Positions 24,608-40,607 of a stretch of 64,000 nucleotides of DNA are shown one piece after another. Position 1 is the stretch's first letter. Every line of letters begins with the position of its first letter. Origin of the DNA: Macrostomum lignano (Eukaryota); the NCBI GenBank assembly GCA_002269645.1, contig NIVC01003666.1, positions 20,071-84,070 of the forward strand, in the 5' to 3' direction. Made by a program: the position numbers and the translations under genes. The notes beneath the pieces are model-generated. The model did not search any database, was not told the origin of the DNA, and saw nothing but the letters and a program-made list of their open reading frames with translations.

Positions 24608-25540
24608 ATCTGAGGAATGTTTCAAAGCCTATCTGAGGCGCATTTCAGGGTCTATCTGAGGCGCATTTCAGGATCTATCTGAGGGGCATTTCAGGGTCTA
24701 TCTGAGGCGCATTTCAGGATCTATCTGAGGGGCATTTCAGGGTCTATCTGAGGCGCATTTCAGGGTCTATCTGAGGCGCATTTCAGGATCTATCTGAGGC
24801 GCATTTCAGGATCTATCTGAGGCGCATTTCAGGGTCTATCTGAGGCGCATTTCAGGATCTATCTGAGGGGCATTTCAGGGTCTATCTGAGGCGCATTTCG
24901 GGGTCTATCTGAGGCTCATTAAAGGGTCTATCTGAGGCTCATTTCAGGGTCTATCTGAGGGGCATATCAGAGTCTATCTGAGAGGCATTTCAGGGTCTAT
25001 CTGAGGCGCATTTCAGGATCTATCTGAGGCGCATTTCAGGGCTATCTGAGGCTCATTTAAGGGTCTATCTTAGGCTCATTTCAGGGTCTATCTGAGGCTC
25101 ATTTCAGGGTCTATCTGAGGCTCATTTCAGGGTCTATCTGAGGCTCATTTCAGGGTCTATCTGAGGCTCATTAAAGGGTCTATCTTAGGCTCATTAAAGG
25201 GTCTATCTTAGGCTCATTAAAGGGTCTATCTTAGGCTCATTAAAGGGTCTATCTTAGGCTCATTAAAGGGTCTATCTGGGGCTCATTAAAGGGTCTATCT
25301 GAGGCTCATTTCAGGGTCTATCTGAGGCTCATTAAAGGGTCTATCTTAGGCTCATTAAAGGGTCTATCTGAAAGGCATTTCAGGGTCTATCTGAGGCTCA
25401 TTTCAGGGTCTATCTGAGGCTCATTAAAGGGTCTATCTGGGGCTCATTGCAGGGTCTATCTGGGGCTCATTAAAGGGTCTATCTGAGGCTCTTTAAAGGG
25501 TCTATCTTAGGCTCATTAAAGGGTCTATCTGATGCTCATT
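24608..25540. repeat. 23-bp minisatellite
   Basis: Unit TTTCAGGGTCTATCTGAGGC(G/T)CA. Confidence 0.94.
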
Positions 25541-25969
25541 TCTGCTTAAATTTCGAAATTAGACCACCAATCAACCTCATATTGCCGTTTTCCTGAAATG
25601 AAAATTGACACATTTAAACTCATCTTTCCCATTCTAATAAATTATGGACGCGCGATTCCATCTTCCATTGCGATTTCCAGGAAATAGAAAAATAACAGCC
25701 ATAACCAGTGAGACCGAAATGTTTCTAAAGAACATTTCGGATGCTGGTAATTCCAGCTAATGGGAACTGTGGGATTTATGAGTTAATGTTTCAACTTGCT
25801 TGTCTCTCACCCAGTTTACTTTGCTGGCATATTTCCGTAACTAAAAAAACAGCTTTTACAGCACCAGCGCCCATCCTTTCATTCATTCACACTGCGCATT
25901 CGTGACTAATGAAAGGTACTGCTGTTAATCAGTTGAGTCAGACTGAAGTGCAGACACTTCACAACACTC

Positions 25970-27285
25970 CCACGGACACTCTCCCAGACACTCCCATAGA
26001 CACTCCCATAGACACTCCCATAGACACTCCCATAGACACTCCCATAGACACGCTTCTAGACACTCCTATAGACACTCGCATAGATACTCCCATAGACACT
26101 CCCATAGACACTCTTCTAGACACTCCCATAGACACTCCTATAGACACTCTTCTAGACACTCCCATAGACACTCCTATAGACACTCGCATAGATACTCCCA
26201 TAGACACTCACATAGACACTCTTCTAGACACTCCCATAGACACTCCTATAGACACTCTTCTAGACACTCCCATAGACACTCCCATAGACACTCCCATAGA
26301 CACTCTTCTAGACACTCCCATAGACACTCCATAGACACTCCCATAGACACGCTTCTAGACACTCCCATAGACACTCTCATAGACACGCTTCTAGACACTC
26401 CCATAGACACTCCTATAGACACTCGCATAGATACTCCCATAGACACTCCCATAGACACTCTTCTAGACACTCCCATAGACACTCCTATAGGCACTCTTCT
26501 AGACACTCCCATAGACACTCCCATAGACACTCTTCTAGACACTCCCATAGACACTCCTATAGACACTCCTATAGACACTCCTATAGACACTCCTATAGAC
26601 ACTCCTATAGACACTCCATAGACACTCCCATAGACACTCCTATAGACAATTCCATAGACACTCCTATAGACAATTCCATAGACACTCCCATAGACACTCC
26701 TATAGACACTCCCATAGACACTCCTATAGACACTCCCATAGACACTCCTATAGACACTCCCATAGACACTCCTATAGACACTCCTATAGACACTCCTATA
26801 GACACTCCCATAGACACTCCTATAGACAATTCCATAGACACTCCCATAGACACTCCCATAGACACTCCCATAGACACTCCTATAGACACTCCCATAGACA
26901 CTCCTATAGACACTCCCATAGACACTCCTATAGACAATTCCATAGACACTCCCATAGACACTCCCATAGACACTCCCATAGACACTCCTATAGACAATTC
27001 CATAGACACTCCCATAGACACTCCCATAGACACTCCCATAGACACTCCTATAGACACTCCTATAGACACTCCTATAGACACTCCCATAGACACTCCTATA
27101 GACAATTCCATAGACACTCCCATAGACACTCCCATAGACACTCCCATAGACACTCCTATAGACACTCCCATAGACACTCCCATAGACACTCCCATAGACA
27201 ATTCCATAGACACTCCCATAGACACTCCCATAGACACTCCTATAGACACTCTCCCAGGCACTCCTATAGACACTCCCACAGACAC
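25970..27285. repeat. 12-bp minisatellite (reverse-complement relative of 18560..20172)
   Basis: Unit AGACACTCC(C/T)AT. Confidence 0.95.
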
Positions 27286-27977
27286 TCTAATCGACACAAA
27301 ATACACCTGTTCAAAAACTGCAGTAGAAACAGCCAAAACTACCAAACAGTCACAGAAAGTGAACATAAACTCCAGATGAAAAATGCGCAATCTCAATGCA
27401 TACTACTTAAAGTGGGAACAAAATTATTTTTCTTATTCTGAAGACACGCCTCTTATTGTCTATTTAAGGCTACTACGTCGTTAGCGTGTCTGTCTGGGAG
27501 TGTGCCTGTTAGACGGCGTCTGTGAATATTATTTTGGCACTCTTAAGATGCACGCGTGGCCCATCTTTCTTTAACAATGCAAACAAAAGTTACATACCGT
27601 AGAAAGAAAGCATCAAAATTACTCGTAATACCAGCTCGTATCACGGTTTTTGGCCAAGGATTCCTCAGGAGTCAAGTGCTCTTGCACTAAAACATCATAC
27701 TCCTCAGGATGAAGGCCTCCCCCTAGTCCTCTGCTGCCGTCTTCGTTCCCAAAACCCTGCAACTTCATGCTTTTCTGTTTCTGTTCATATGCCCCCGAAG
27801 CTAGTATTCTGTTCATTAATTACTGTCCTAGGCAGAATTCGTGTCACCGTCTATTTCTGCTCATCCTGTGGACGCACTGCTGGGTCTCCTACTTCAGTAG
27901 CTTTATCTTGCCAGGGTAAGGGACTCTTGCAGTCTTATACATGGCTCTCATTGTAATAACACGCCTGTGCGTACTGA

Positions 27978-28591
<614 letters not shown>

Positions 28592-29069
28592 AAGGGGAGA
28601 AAGTCTATCCTAATTTAATCTTACAGTTGCCATGCCTGAGCACTGCTGATAAAAGAACAGGCCCACAGAAGGGCGTTAATTGGTCGATCTGTCGCAGCCG
28701 TACGCAGCTCTGTACATCAGTGTGGGCGGAGGCAGTAATTCAATTAGCCTCGTGCGCCAGATTAGGAAATCTATCGCACAGCCTTTGCCGTCATAAATGA
28801 TTTTCCTGGGCAATAGCGCCGCAGTTCCCCAATGCGCACGCAGGAAATCCGTGTCAGTCAGAACAGGGCCTGCAGCTCTGCATTATGAACTGGTCGTGCA
28901 GTTCAGTAAAAACTGCTCCATCACGTGCGAAAGTCCCTGCTTTACGTACAGTTAGAAATAACCACAGAATATCACCCAGAATATGAGCGTTTTCACTTCA
29001 TAGCTCGTACTTCTACTTTGGTTAATATTGTAAGAGCGTAATATTGTGTTGTCCGACTTAGTGTTTTGT

Positions 29070-30172
<1,103 letters not shown>

Positions 30173-30661
30173 CGGTCCGCACACCGGAGTGAATCGGGCA
30201 GCAAATCGAATCTCGGCCGGGGCAATCAAGCCGGACAGCTGCCAATCGCCTATCGCATTCCAAACTGCCCTTCAGCTTCTCCCAGAGAGCGGCAGTCAGG
30301 AAGCGACAGCGTGGAACAGCAGCGCCCCTCCATTCGGTCAGCCGGTCTCTGGCGGCCAATTCCCGCGCATGGTGGGCGGCTGACGGCAGTAATTACGCAT
30401 GCTAATTCCCCGCTGGCTCAGCGGACAGCCGCCCCCGCCCTGCGCCTCCCGGCCTGCTGCAATCCAATTCGATTGATTATTTGTCTGTCTTAAACTTTCT
30501 CTAGCTGGTATCCAGGACACTGAACTCGGGTTAGACTTGGATAGAGCATGCGCAGGATTCAATAGTGGCGGGGCCGTTGGTCTCTGAAATTGGGGAAGAA
30601 GGGACTCAGGAAATACAGCTTCCAACTAAAGTCTCAAAGATGATAGACTTGAAGATCTGGA

Positions 30662-30813
<152 letters not shown>

Positions 30814-31049
30814 GATAGGTATCGATAGGTAGTTGCACGTACTCTTTTGCACTACTTGAGTAGTCTGATTTTCGTTCGGCATGGCTGGTTCCAGCAGGTA
30901 GTTCCTCTGGATAAAAGCGCTTACCGCGCCCATTGGCTTTCCAGCTGCCTTAATCGTTTCCGGTGATCTTGTGTGCGTGCTTTCAGCTTGATTGGCTGCG
31001 GCAAGCAAGCTCGAAAGAGCTCGCTTCGCTCGCTCTTTCTCGCTATCTA

Positions 31050-31094
<45 letters not shown>

Positions 31095-31546
31095 ATCTGT
31101 CTATCTGCTTAGTTCAGAATACACTTCATGCTATCTGCAGCTCGTTGTATCCACTGTTGGCTGTTAACTCTTCTTCTCTCTTCTGTCTAAACGAGCAAAG
31201 ACGATCAAAGAAAGCGAACACCGCTTCACAATTCAAGCGAAAAGAAGTCAGGATGAAGGCTTGTGCGTCACTGAGATTTCCCGACTCGATGCGATTCAAT
31301 GGAACCGGACGCCCAAAGGATCTGGCAGGTTGCACGCTTCAGTTCAGCCGAAACTCGCTCGACTCACGCACGGCTGAGACTTGCAAGCTGAAACCGCCGC
31401 TTTGGTGACTGTGAGACAGGTGGATCATTGCCAGGATTTTTTAATTCTTCCCCACGCACATCCCAGAATAAACCCTCTGGCAGTCATTGCCACGCTGATC
31501 TCATAGTTAGAGATTTTCAAGTATTTCAGCTGAAATGATGTATCAA

Positions 31547-31957
<411 letters not shown>

Positions 31958-32690
31958 CAACCGTATTAGTGTCTATCATAGCTCCGGTTTAGCTCAGATG
32001 GCCCCAATCCCCCAACCTGAATGCAGGGAAGGACGCCAGCATTCGATTTGCCGTCCAGCCGTGCAAATTCTAAAAAATTGACTTATGCTGAAGCTGCGCC
32101 CAAGTAAAACCCACCGGCCACCGTGTTTATGACTGTATTGTGAAAGCCCAAATGTGCAGAGCAGCTGCCTTGCATGCTTGGGCTTTCGTCTTGCACTTTC
32201 AGTTGACCGAGTGGCCAGTTAGGGAAATATTTTTGCTTAATTTTAACCCCAGGTGTTCGCCTGAATTCCACGAGTTTGCTGGATTGACTCAAAACAAATT
32301 GGCACTTTTTTGTGCAGGAAATTTCTCTTTTTTCTCTGCTTCTTCTAAAAGTAACGCCTACATTGATAACGCATGAGTCTCGAGAGTTCGGGTGTAAAAA
32401 TTCGAGTACCTTGAGGAGCCTCGTAGATGGGTGGAGAGGGCCCGCAGCTCCCACGCTGTGCGCATTACATTCGCTAAGAATAAAATAATAGTCGTGACAG
32501 AGCAGTCAAAGCACAGACTGCTACACTGCCACGGCAGGGCAGGGCAGGTCAGTGGAGTCTTGCCGTCTTGTTGAAATTTGTAGCAACTTTTTAAACAGAA
32601 AAGCAGGAAATTATACGGCTCTGAGAAGAAGCAAGACAAAGGAAATCAGTTTAGCACAAGAAGCATCGAGTCGAAGATCTTTGGCACAGC

Positions 32691-33996
32691 ATGGCCGCCG
32701 CCGCCGCTGCACCGCAAGGCGTCCGACATGCTCTGCAGAGAAGCCGCAGCAGGTGCAGCAGCACCGGGGGCGGCCCAGGTGGTCGGCAGCTGGACGCTCT
32801 GGTGGAGGCTGACGAGTCGGAGCCACAGCAGCCGCCGCCGCTACCACCGACCGCGACGGCGCAGCAACCACGACGTCAGCATCGGCGGCGTCGGCAATCG
32901 ATTTTCAGCTTGAGTCGGCTGCGTCAGCTCTTGTCACTGCGACCGGCGCCGTTGCCACTGCCGCCGCCACAGCCTCCGCAGCCGCCGAAGCCGCAGCGCG
33001 CGCATCTTGCCGCGGTGCCAGCCAAGTGTCTTGGCGCCGTTCCGCTGTCGAGCGCCCGCCTCCTCCTGGCAGCGGCCTCCAATACCGCGGCCGAGTTTGT
33101 ACAGCAGCCAGTTGAGCAGCTGGTGGCAGCGGCCGCTGCGGCCAGGCGTCGACAGCGGAATTCGCTGGCTTCGACGGCGACAACTGCAGAAGGTTCTTCG
33201 GTGCTGCCAGTTGCCATGGTGACAGTGTCGGTCGGCGGTTTGACTGTACAGCCTCTAGAACAAAACGGTCCGTCACTGACAAGGTAATTCTCCCCTTCCT
33301 GTCGCAATATTGAATATTTAATCAGCACCCGAGATTATTAACTGAATGAGGTGAACAGGCGAGTGTCTGATAGGCTATTAACTATCAAGGTTACATTGTA
33401 TATCAGCTCAGTAACTATCAAGGTCAGAGAGTGTACAGAGAGTGTACATGCCTAAGGGTTAGAAAGTCAGGGGCCGCTGTACACCCTGCGTGAGCGTGTG
33501 TGTGAGTGCGTGTGTGTGAGTGCGTGTGTGTGAGTGCGTGCGTGTGAGTGCGTGTGTGTGAGTGCGTGTGTGTGAGTGCGTGTGTGTGAGTGCGTGTGTG
33601 TGAGTGTGTGTGTGTGAGTGAGTGCGTGTGTGAGTGCTCGGGAGTCAGCGGGATGGGCAGAGTTGTCTCAGCGGACAAAGTTACATCAGGCCAGTATGCA
33701 AATTATTAAATGGACAATCACCTTCAACCCAATAAACTTTCAGATTAACCCCAACTGGTTCATTAGCAGCCGCACCAGACAGCCGTGCGTCCTCCGCAGA
33801 CACCCAGCGCCACCCCATAGAGTCAGTCGTGTGCGCCTCTGTGCACCGCAGACTGCCTCGAATATTCTGCTGCGCTATTGTCGATAGCGACGCCACCGCC
33901 GCCTGTCACGCCTTCCTGTGCGCTCGGACTGATTCAGCCGACTGTCTGGTGCAGGCGGTGGCTCGGGTTTGCCATCTGTCAGCGGCCGGACCCTGA
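32691..33996 (+). CDS. PTB/PID-domain adaptor protein, 2 exons, 281 aa
   Basis: join(32691..33283,33744..33996), donor AG|GTAATT, acceptor tttcag, 846 nt in frame to TGA. AKCLGAVP...VTVSVGGLTV plus HPIESVVCASV...RIFCCAI...ACHAFLC...ADCLVQAV fits the PID-fold pattern (xKYLG, VSxxGI, CHVFxC). Confidence 0.78.
33488..33636. repeat. GTGAGTGCGTGT(GT) repeat in the PTB gene intron
   Basis: Direct reading. Confidence 0.9.
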
Positions 33997-34711
33997 TCAT
34001 TCTGAGTGCACCCCCGCGGAATTACCATAGAACTGCGTTCACTATACTATACGTTTTTGCGAGCAATCTCAGCCATGGCTTGTTTATTAAGCGAAAAATT
34101 TATTTGGTTCGTATATAAGAGACTGTCGGAGTTGGATGTTTGTCGCAACTGAGCCATCGGAGGAGGAGGAAAGAAAGAAGGGAAGAGGAAATGAATGGGC
34201 AGACAAGCTATGGCTGAGATTGCTCGCCCGTTGGATGAGTTTGGTTGAAAAAACGTGATAGTCTATGGTTCAAACCACCTCCTTCGTCGTATTGAAATCT
34301 ATGGGATGGATGAGTTTGCTTGCTCCTTGGCTGAGATAGCTCGCAAAAACCAATAGTAGCCATATACAAAAAAGGTTTATGCCATAGACAAGTAGCAGAC
34401 GCAGTCCCACACAGAGGCATGTGTTTTAGTCTATGGCTGAAACCCCAGAAGAAGTAGCGCTCGTAATTTGTCAATAGCTGATTTTTTTAAACAAATTATT
34501 TTGCCGATTTGTAATTTGTAATTTGTCCGACCAGTGCTTTATGAACTGGGCCTCAGAAGCGAGTTAAAAGGAATGCCCTTTCTAATAGCTAATAAAAAGT
34601 AAATAATTTTCAACTAAAGGTGTTTAGACCACAGAACTTGATCTCTACTTGATAGAATGACCGACTTAATTGGATTTATTGTCTGCGGTCAAATGCAGTC
34701 CTGTGGCAATG

Positions 34712-35868
34712 GACACTGAGACACTGAAAAGGACTTTGAGACACAGGGAGTGACTTTAAGACACAGGAAATAACACTGAGACACAGGGAGTGACACTGAG
34801 ACACAGGGAGTGACACTGAGACACAGGGAGTGACACTGAGACACAGGGAGTGACACTGAGACACAGGGAGTGACACTGAGACACAGGAAATAACACTGAG
34901 ACACAGGGAGTGACACTGAGACACAGGAAATAACACTGAGACACAGGGAGTGACACTGAGACACAGGAAATAACACTGAGACACAGGGAGTGACACTGAG
35001 ACACAGGGAGTGGCACTGAGACACAGGGAGTGACACTGAGACACAGGGAGTGACACTGAGACACAGGGAGTGACACTGAGACACAGGGAGTGACACTGAG
35101 ACACAGGGAGTGACACTGAGACACAGGGAGTGACACTGAGACACAGGGAGTGACACTGAGACACAGGGAGTGACACTGCGACACAGGGAATGACACTGAG
35201 ACACAGGGAGTGACACTGAGACACAGGGAGTGACACTGAGACACAGGGAGTGACACTGAGACACAGGGAGTGACACTGAGACACAGGAAATAACACTGAG
35301 ACACAGGGAGTGACACTGCGACACAGGGAATGACACTGAGACACAGGGAGTGACACTGAGACACAGGGAGTGACACTGAGACACAGGGAGTGACACTGAG
35401 ACACAGGGAGTGACACTGAGACACAGGGAGTGACACTGAGACACAGGGAGTGACACTGAGACACAGGGAGTGACACTGCGACACAGGGAATGACACTGAG
35501 ACACAGGGAGTGACACTGAGACACAGGGAGTGACACTGAGACACAGGGAGTGACACTGAGACACAGGGAGTGACACTGAGACACAGGAAATAACACTGAG
35601 ACACAGGGAGTGACACTGCGACACAGGGAATGACACTGAGACACAGGGAGTGACACTGAGACACAGGGAGTGACACTGAGACACAGGGAGTGACACTGAG
35701 ACACAGGGAGTGACACTGAGACACAGGAAATAACACTGAGACACAGGGAGTGACACTGAGACACAGGGAGTGGCACTGAGACACAGGGAGTGACACTGAG
35801 ACACAGGGAGTGACACTGAGACACAGGGAGTGACACTGAGACACAGGGAGTGACACTGAGACACAGGG
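34712..35868. repeat. 20-bp minisatellite with 300-bp higher-order duplication
   Basis: Unit GACACTGAGACACAGGGAGT. Variant units recur at +300 (35176/35476, 35283/35583, 35316/35616). Confidence 0.95.
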
Positions 35869-36414
35869 AATTTCGCAGGGGATGCTTAGAATCTAATAAT
35901 TTCTATAAGATACGGACATCTTAGAGACGAAGTTTGCTAAAATCGAAATAACTGCAATCAGTCTGGAAAATGGTTTGAGTTTAGGCAAGAGTTGTCACTC
36001 CAAGTTCTCCTGCTGGGCCTCTTTGGCAGACCCCAGAAATGACTCCAGTGCAGCCAGTTACGGTCGGGGTGGATACAGAGGTTAGCTCAAGCTGTCCGGC
36101 TCAATTTGAGAATAATTTTTTTTTCTATTTCCCTTGGCGAACTGCAGGTCTGCACTCATTGCCTTCTGCAGCTGGAGTGCATGCAGTTGAGCAGGCCGGC
36201 TTAATGAGAGAGGCTGGTTCTGCTGCTATGGAGAGAGGGTCCGAGAAACTGGGGAGAGTTCGGGACCACTACCTCCTCTTTAGTAAGCCAGCTGCTTGGG
36301 AACCGCCTGCGCCTTCTCCTGGCTCTCGGCCTCGGCTTTCCCTTCCATATTTCCCTTTCTCCTCATCCGCACTATAAAGAGGGAAGAGAGATGAGGATAA
36401 ATACACCTAATCCG

Positions 36415-36721
36415 GAGGAGAGAAAGGAGAGAGGAGACAGGAAAGAGAGAAGATACTGGATAGAGAGGAGACACGAGAGAGAGGAGACAGGAGAGAGAGG
36501 AGACAGGATAGAGAGGAGACAGGAGAGAGAGAGGAGACAGGAGAGACAGAGAGAGAGAGAGAGAAGAGACTGGATAGAGAGGAGACAGGAGAGAGAGAAG
36601 ACAGGAGAGAGAGAAGACAGGAGAGAGAGAGAAGAGACTGGATAGAGAGGAGACAGGAGAGAGAGAGGAGACAGGAGAGAGAGGAGACAGGATAGAGAGG
36701 AGACACGAGAGAGAGAGGAGA

Positions 36722-36762
<41 letters not shown>

Positions 36763-36866
36763 ACTGGATAGAGAGGAGACACGAGAGAGAGAGGAGACAG
36801 GAGAGAGAGGAGACAGGATAGAGAGGAGACAGGAGAGAGAGAGAGGAGACAGGATAGAGAGGAGAC

Positions 36867-36954
<88 letters not shown>

Positions 36955-36958
36955 GGAT
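36415..36958. repeat. GA-rich degenerate repeat ending in (GA)n
   Basis: GAGAGGAGACAGGA-type units. Confidence 0.9.
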
Positions 36959-37539
36959 ACAGACGAGACTGGAGTCCAGAGAAAGGCTTCTGGGAAAGAA
37001 AGAAGTTGGGAAAGGAGCTGCAGTACTGAGTTCTGAAACTAATTAATTAACGAAAGAAAGAGAAACTCTTGGAAGTGTGTGATTTCTTTTTCTACTTACA
37101 AAAGCAAGCAAAGTACAGTGCATTTGGAAAATTCCAGTGATCAGGTCATACGCTAGAATAGGAATCAATACTGAAGGGCAGAAAAATACCTTGGAGACTC
37201 CCACCGGCTGTCAAGGATTTGTGCCAGCTGCCGGCATCAGTTTGAGGACAGAAGTGTCAGGAAGTCTGTGCCCGCCAGCGGGTTGTCAAAAAGAAATTGA
37301 AAAAAATTTTCTGTCACAGAGCTCCAAGCAACTTTGCCCCGGTTTTTCTTCGTCTCCACAATTTTATTAATCGATCAATCAATCAACACTCTGAGTAATC
37401 TAGTCGCCATGCAGTCAATAAACAAGCCGTCTAATTTACAATAACACAATCAATAAGCCACCCAGTCAATCAATCGTGCATTGATCAATAAATCATTGAA
37501 CCAATAAATCAGAATATCCATCCATCATTCAATCGATCT

Positions 37540-37581
37540 TTCAATCAATCAATCGATTGACCAATCAACCAATCAACCAAC

Positions 37582-37661
<80 letters not shown>

Positions 37662-37737
37662 TGATCCATCAACCAATCAACCAACCAATCAATCAATCAA
37701 TCAATCAATCGATTGACCAATCAACCAATCAACCAAC

Positions 37738-37817
<80 letters not shown>

Positions 37818-37881
37818 TGACTAATGAACCAATCAACCAATCAACCAATCAATCAATCAATTGACTAATGAACCAACCAAC

Positions 37882-37944
<63 letters not shown>

Positions 37945-37977
37945 CCAATCAACCAATCAACCAATCAACCAATCAAT

Positions 37978-38011
<34 letters not shown>

Positions 38012-38015
38012 GTCA
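37540..38015. repeat. (ATCA/ACCA)n microsatellite
   Basis: Direct reading; the reverse-complement class of 9868..10265. Confidence 0.93.
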
Positions 38016-38729
38016 AGCAATTACAAAATCATGTAATCAATATATCAATGAAAATGCCAAAAGTCAGTAAAGTATGGCCATCCTGAATTTGAAGCATAAA
38101 AAAGCCGGGCAAAGCTGACTCATTTGCTTACAACAACACATGATTTCTAACTGGGCATGGAATTTGCACCAACGTGTGCATTTGTATTATTGTGCTAGTT
38201 TGGCCTAGCAACTAGGAAGTATGCCGGACTCCAGCGGCACTTTCCGGTGCATCTACTCCCCTATTTTTATTCAATCCCCTCTCTCCTATTTATTAGTTTG
38301 AGACGCCCACTTCCTCTTTTTCCTGACAGGCCAGCTGCAAAAAGTTTGTCCAAGATAAGCAATGTATATTAACAGGGCCAAGTTGGTACACTGGATTCAG
38401 GCTGAGCTCCGGAAAAGGCTGAAGAGGGAATATGGGAAGCAAGCCGGCAGCCGAGAAGAGTACTGGCTAATGGCGCCTGAGGAAACCTTTTCTTGGCCTC
38501 TTAAATCTGAGCGGTCGTTAGTTTGCTTCAAGGCCTCAGAGCTTGTTTTGACTGTTTTGCTCCAGGCTGCTCATATGGTCTGTAATTATGTAGGTGGAGC
38601 ATTCTCGAGAGATAATTAGGTAGAATAGACAAACAAAACAATTGAGAGGCATAATGTGGTGTGAGCAATTTATAGGTCTGTGTAGGGGACCCCTTATTCA
38701 CTGAGACAGTGTAGAGACATGCATAGAGC

Positions 38730-39115
38730 AGCGGTGGAGAGGGTAGAAGGGAGGGTGGAGCGTAGAGAGGAGGGTGTAGGGTAGAGAGAAGAGTGCAGGG
38801 TAGAGAGGAGGGTGTAGGGTAGTGAGGAGGGCGCAGGGTAGACAGGAGGGTGTAGGGTAGTGAGGAGAGTGCAGGGTGGAGAGCGCAGGGTGGAGAGTGC
38901 AGGGTGGAGAGTGCAGGGTGGAGAATGCAGGGTGGAGAATGCAGGGTGGAGAATGCAGGGTGGAGAGTGCAGGGTGGAGAGTGCAGGGTGGAGAGTGCAG
39001 GGTGGAGAGTGCAGGGTGGAGAATGCAGGGTGGAGAATGCAGGGTGGAGAGTGCAGGGTGGAGGGTGCAGGGTGGAGAGTGCAGGGTGGAGAGTGCAGGG
39101 TGGAGGGTGCAGAAA
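38730..39115. repeat. G-rich 14-bp minisatellite
   Basis: GCAGGGTGGAGA(G/A)T from about 38870, with degenerate longer units upstream. Confidence 0.9.
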
Positions 39116-39409
39116 GAGAAGGGAGGAATGACAGCAGCAATCGATAGTCTTTATCTCATAACGGCAACAGGGAGCCATCCAGGTATGCTAATGTAGTTCC
39201 AAAAACATAGCTATATAGATGTATTTAGCACGGTTAATTGCTTTGCTACAGCACTCAGCATGCTCGAATGCTTTCTAAAAAATTGCCTGGCGAATCGGAA
39301 ATACATTCTCCCCTGGTTCAATTGCTCACGCCAACTAATCAAGCGGCATAAGTAAGAAGAGGTCCGGCCCCAATTTTAGATTTGTACCTGCGCAGATTCC
39401 CTTGGGATT

Positions 39410-40325
39410 TGAATTTGAGATTTGGGATATGGGATTTGGGATATGGGATTTGGGATATGGGATTTGGGATATGGGATTTGGGATATGGGATTTGGGATAT
39501 GGGATTTGGGATATGGGATTTGGGATATGGGTTTTGGGATATAAGATTTGGGATTTGGGATTTGGGATATGGGATTTGGGTTATAAGATTTGGGATATGG
39601 GATTTGGGATATAAGATTTGGGATATGGGATTTGGGATATAAGATTTGGGATATGGGATTTGGGATATAAGATTTGGGATATGGGATTTGGGATATAAGA
39701 TTTGGGATATGGGATTTGGGATATGGAATTTGGGATATGGGATTTGGGATATGGGATTTGGGATATGGGATTGGGGATTTGGGATTTGGGATTTGAGATT
39801 TGGGATTTGGGATATGGGATTTGGGATATGGAATTTGAGATTTGGGATTTTGGATTTTGGGATATGGGATTTGGGATATGGGATTTGGGATATGGGATTT
39901 GGGATATGGGATTTGGGATATGGGATTTGGGATATGGGATTTGGGATATGGGATTTGGGATTTGGGATTTGGGATATGGGATTTGGGATATGGGATTTGG
40001 GATATAAGATTTGGGATATGGGATTTGGGATATAAGATTTGGGATTTGGGATTTGGGATTTGGGATATGGGATTTGGGATATGGGATTTGGGATATAAGA
40101 TTTGGGATATGGGATTTGGGATATGGGATTTGGGATATGGGATTTGGGATATGGGATTTGGGATATGGGATTTGGGATATAAGATTTGGGATATGGGATT
40201 TGGGATATGGGATTTGGGATATGGGATTTGGGATATGGGATTTGGGATATGGGATTTGGGATATGGGATTTGGGATATGGGATTTGGGATATGGGATTTG
40301 GGATATGGGATTTGGGATTTGGGAT
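39410..40325. repeat. (GGGATTT GGGATAT)n 7/14-bp G-tract array
   Basis: GGG every 7 nt for about 900 bp, with ATAA variants. Confidence 0.95.
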
Positions 40326-40570
40326 TACGCCCGGCTGGTTGCTGGCAGGCAAACAGCTTCTCTGCACAAAAAAGCCGTGTGAAAGGAACTCTAACTCTCT
40401 TAAGGAGTCTCTAACTCTGTACTCAGATTCTCAGACCTCCCTGCTTTTCTCAATTTACGGAATTGTCCCGTCCTGTTCAAGACATAAAGTGGCAAAGCAG
40501 ACAAGCGAGCAGAAGGCGGCTTAATGGGTTTTAGGACTATAAAAATAATGGTTGGGAGACAAGGAGGGAG

Positions 40571-40607
<37 letters not shown>

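Noticed and set aside
36039-38619. Short ORFs at 36039, 37137 and 38362 between satellites
   Set aside because: No family motifs and no phase-compatible exon chain found; possibly decayed transposon pieces.
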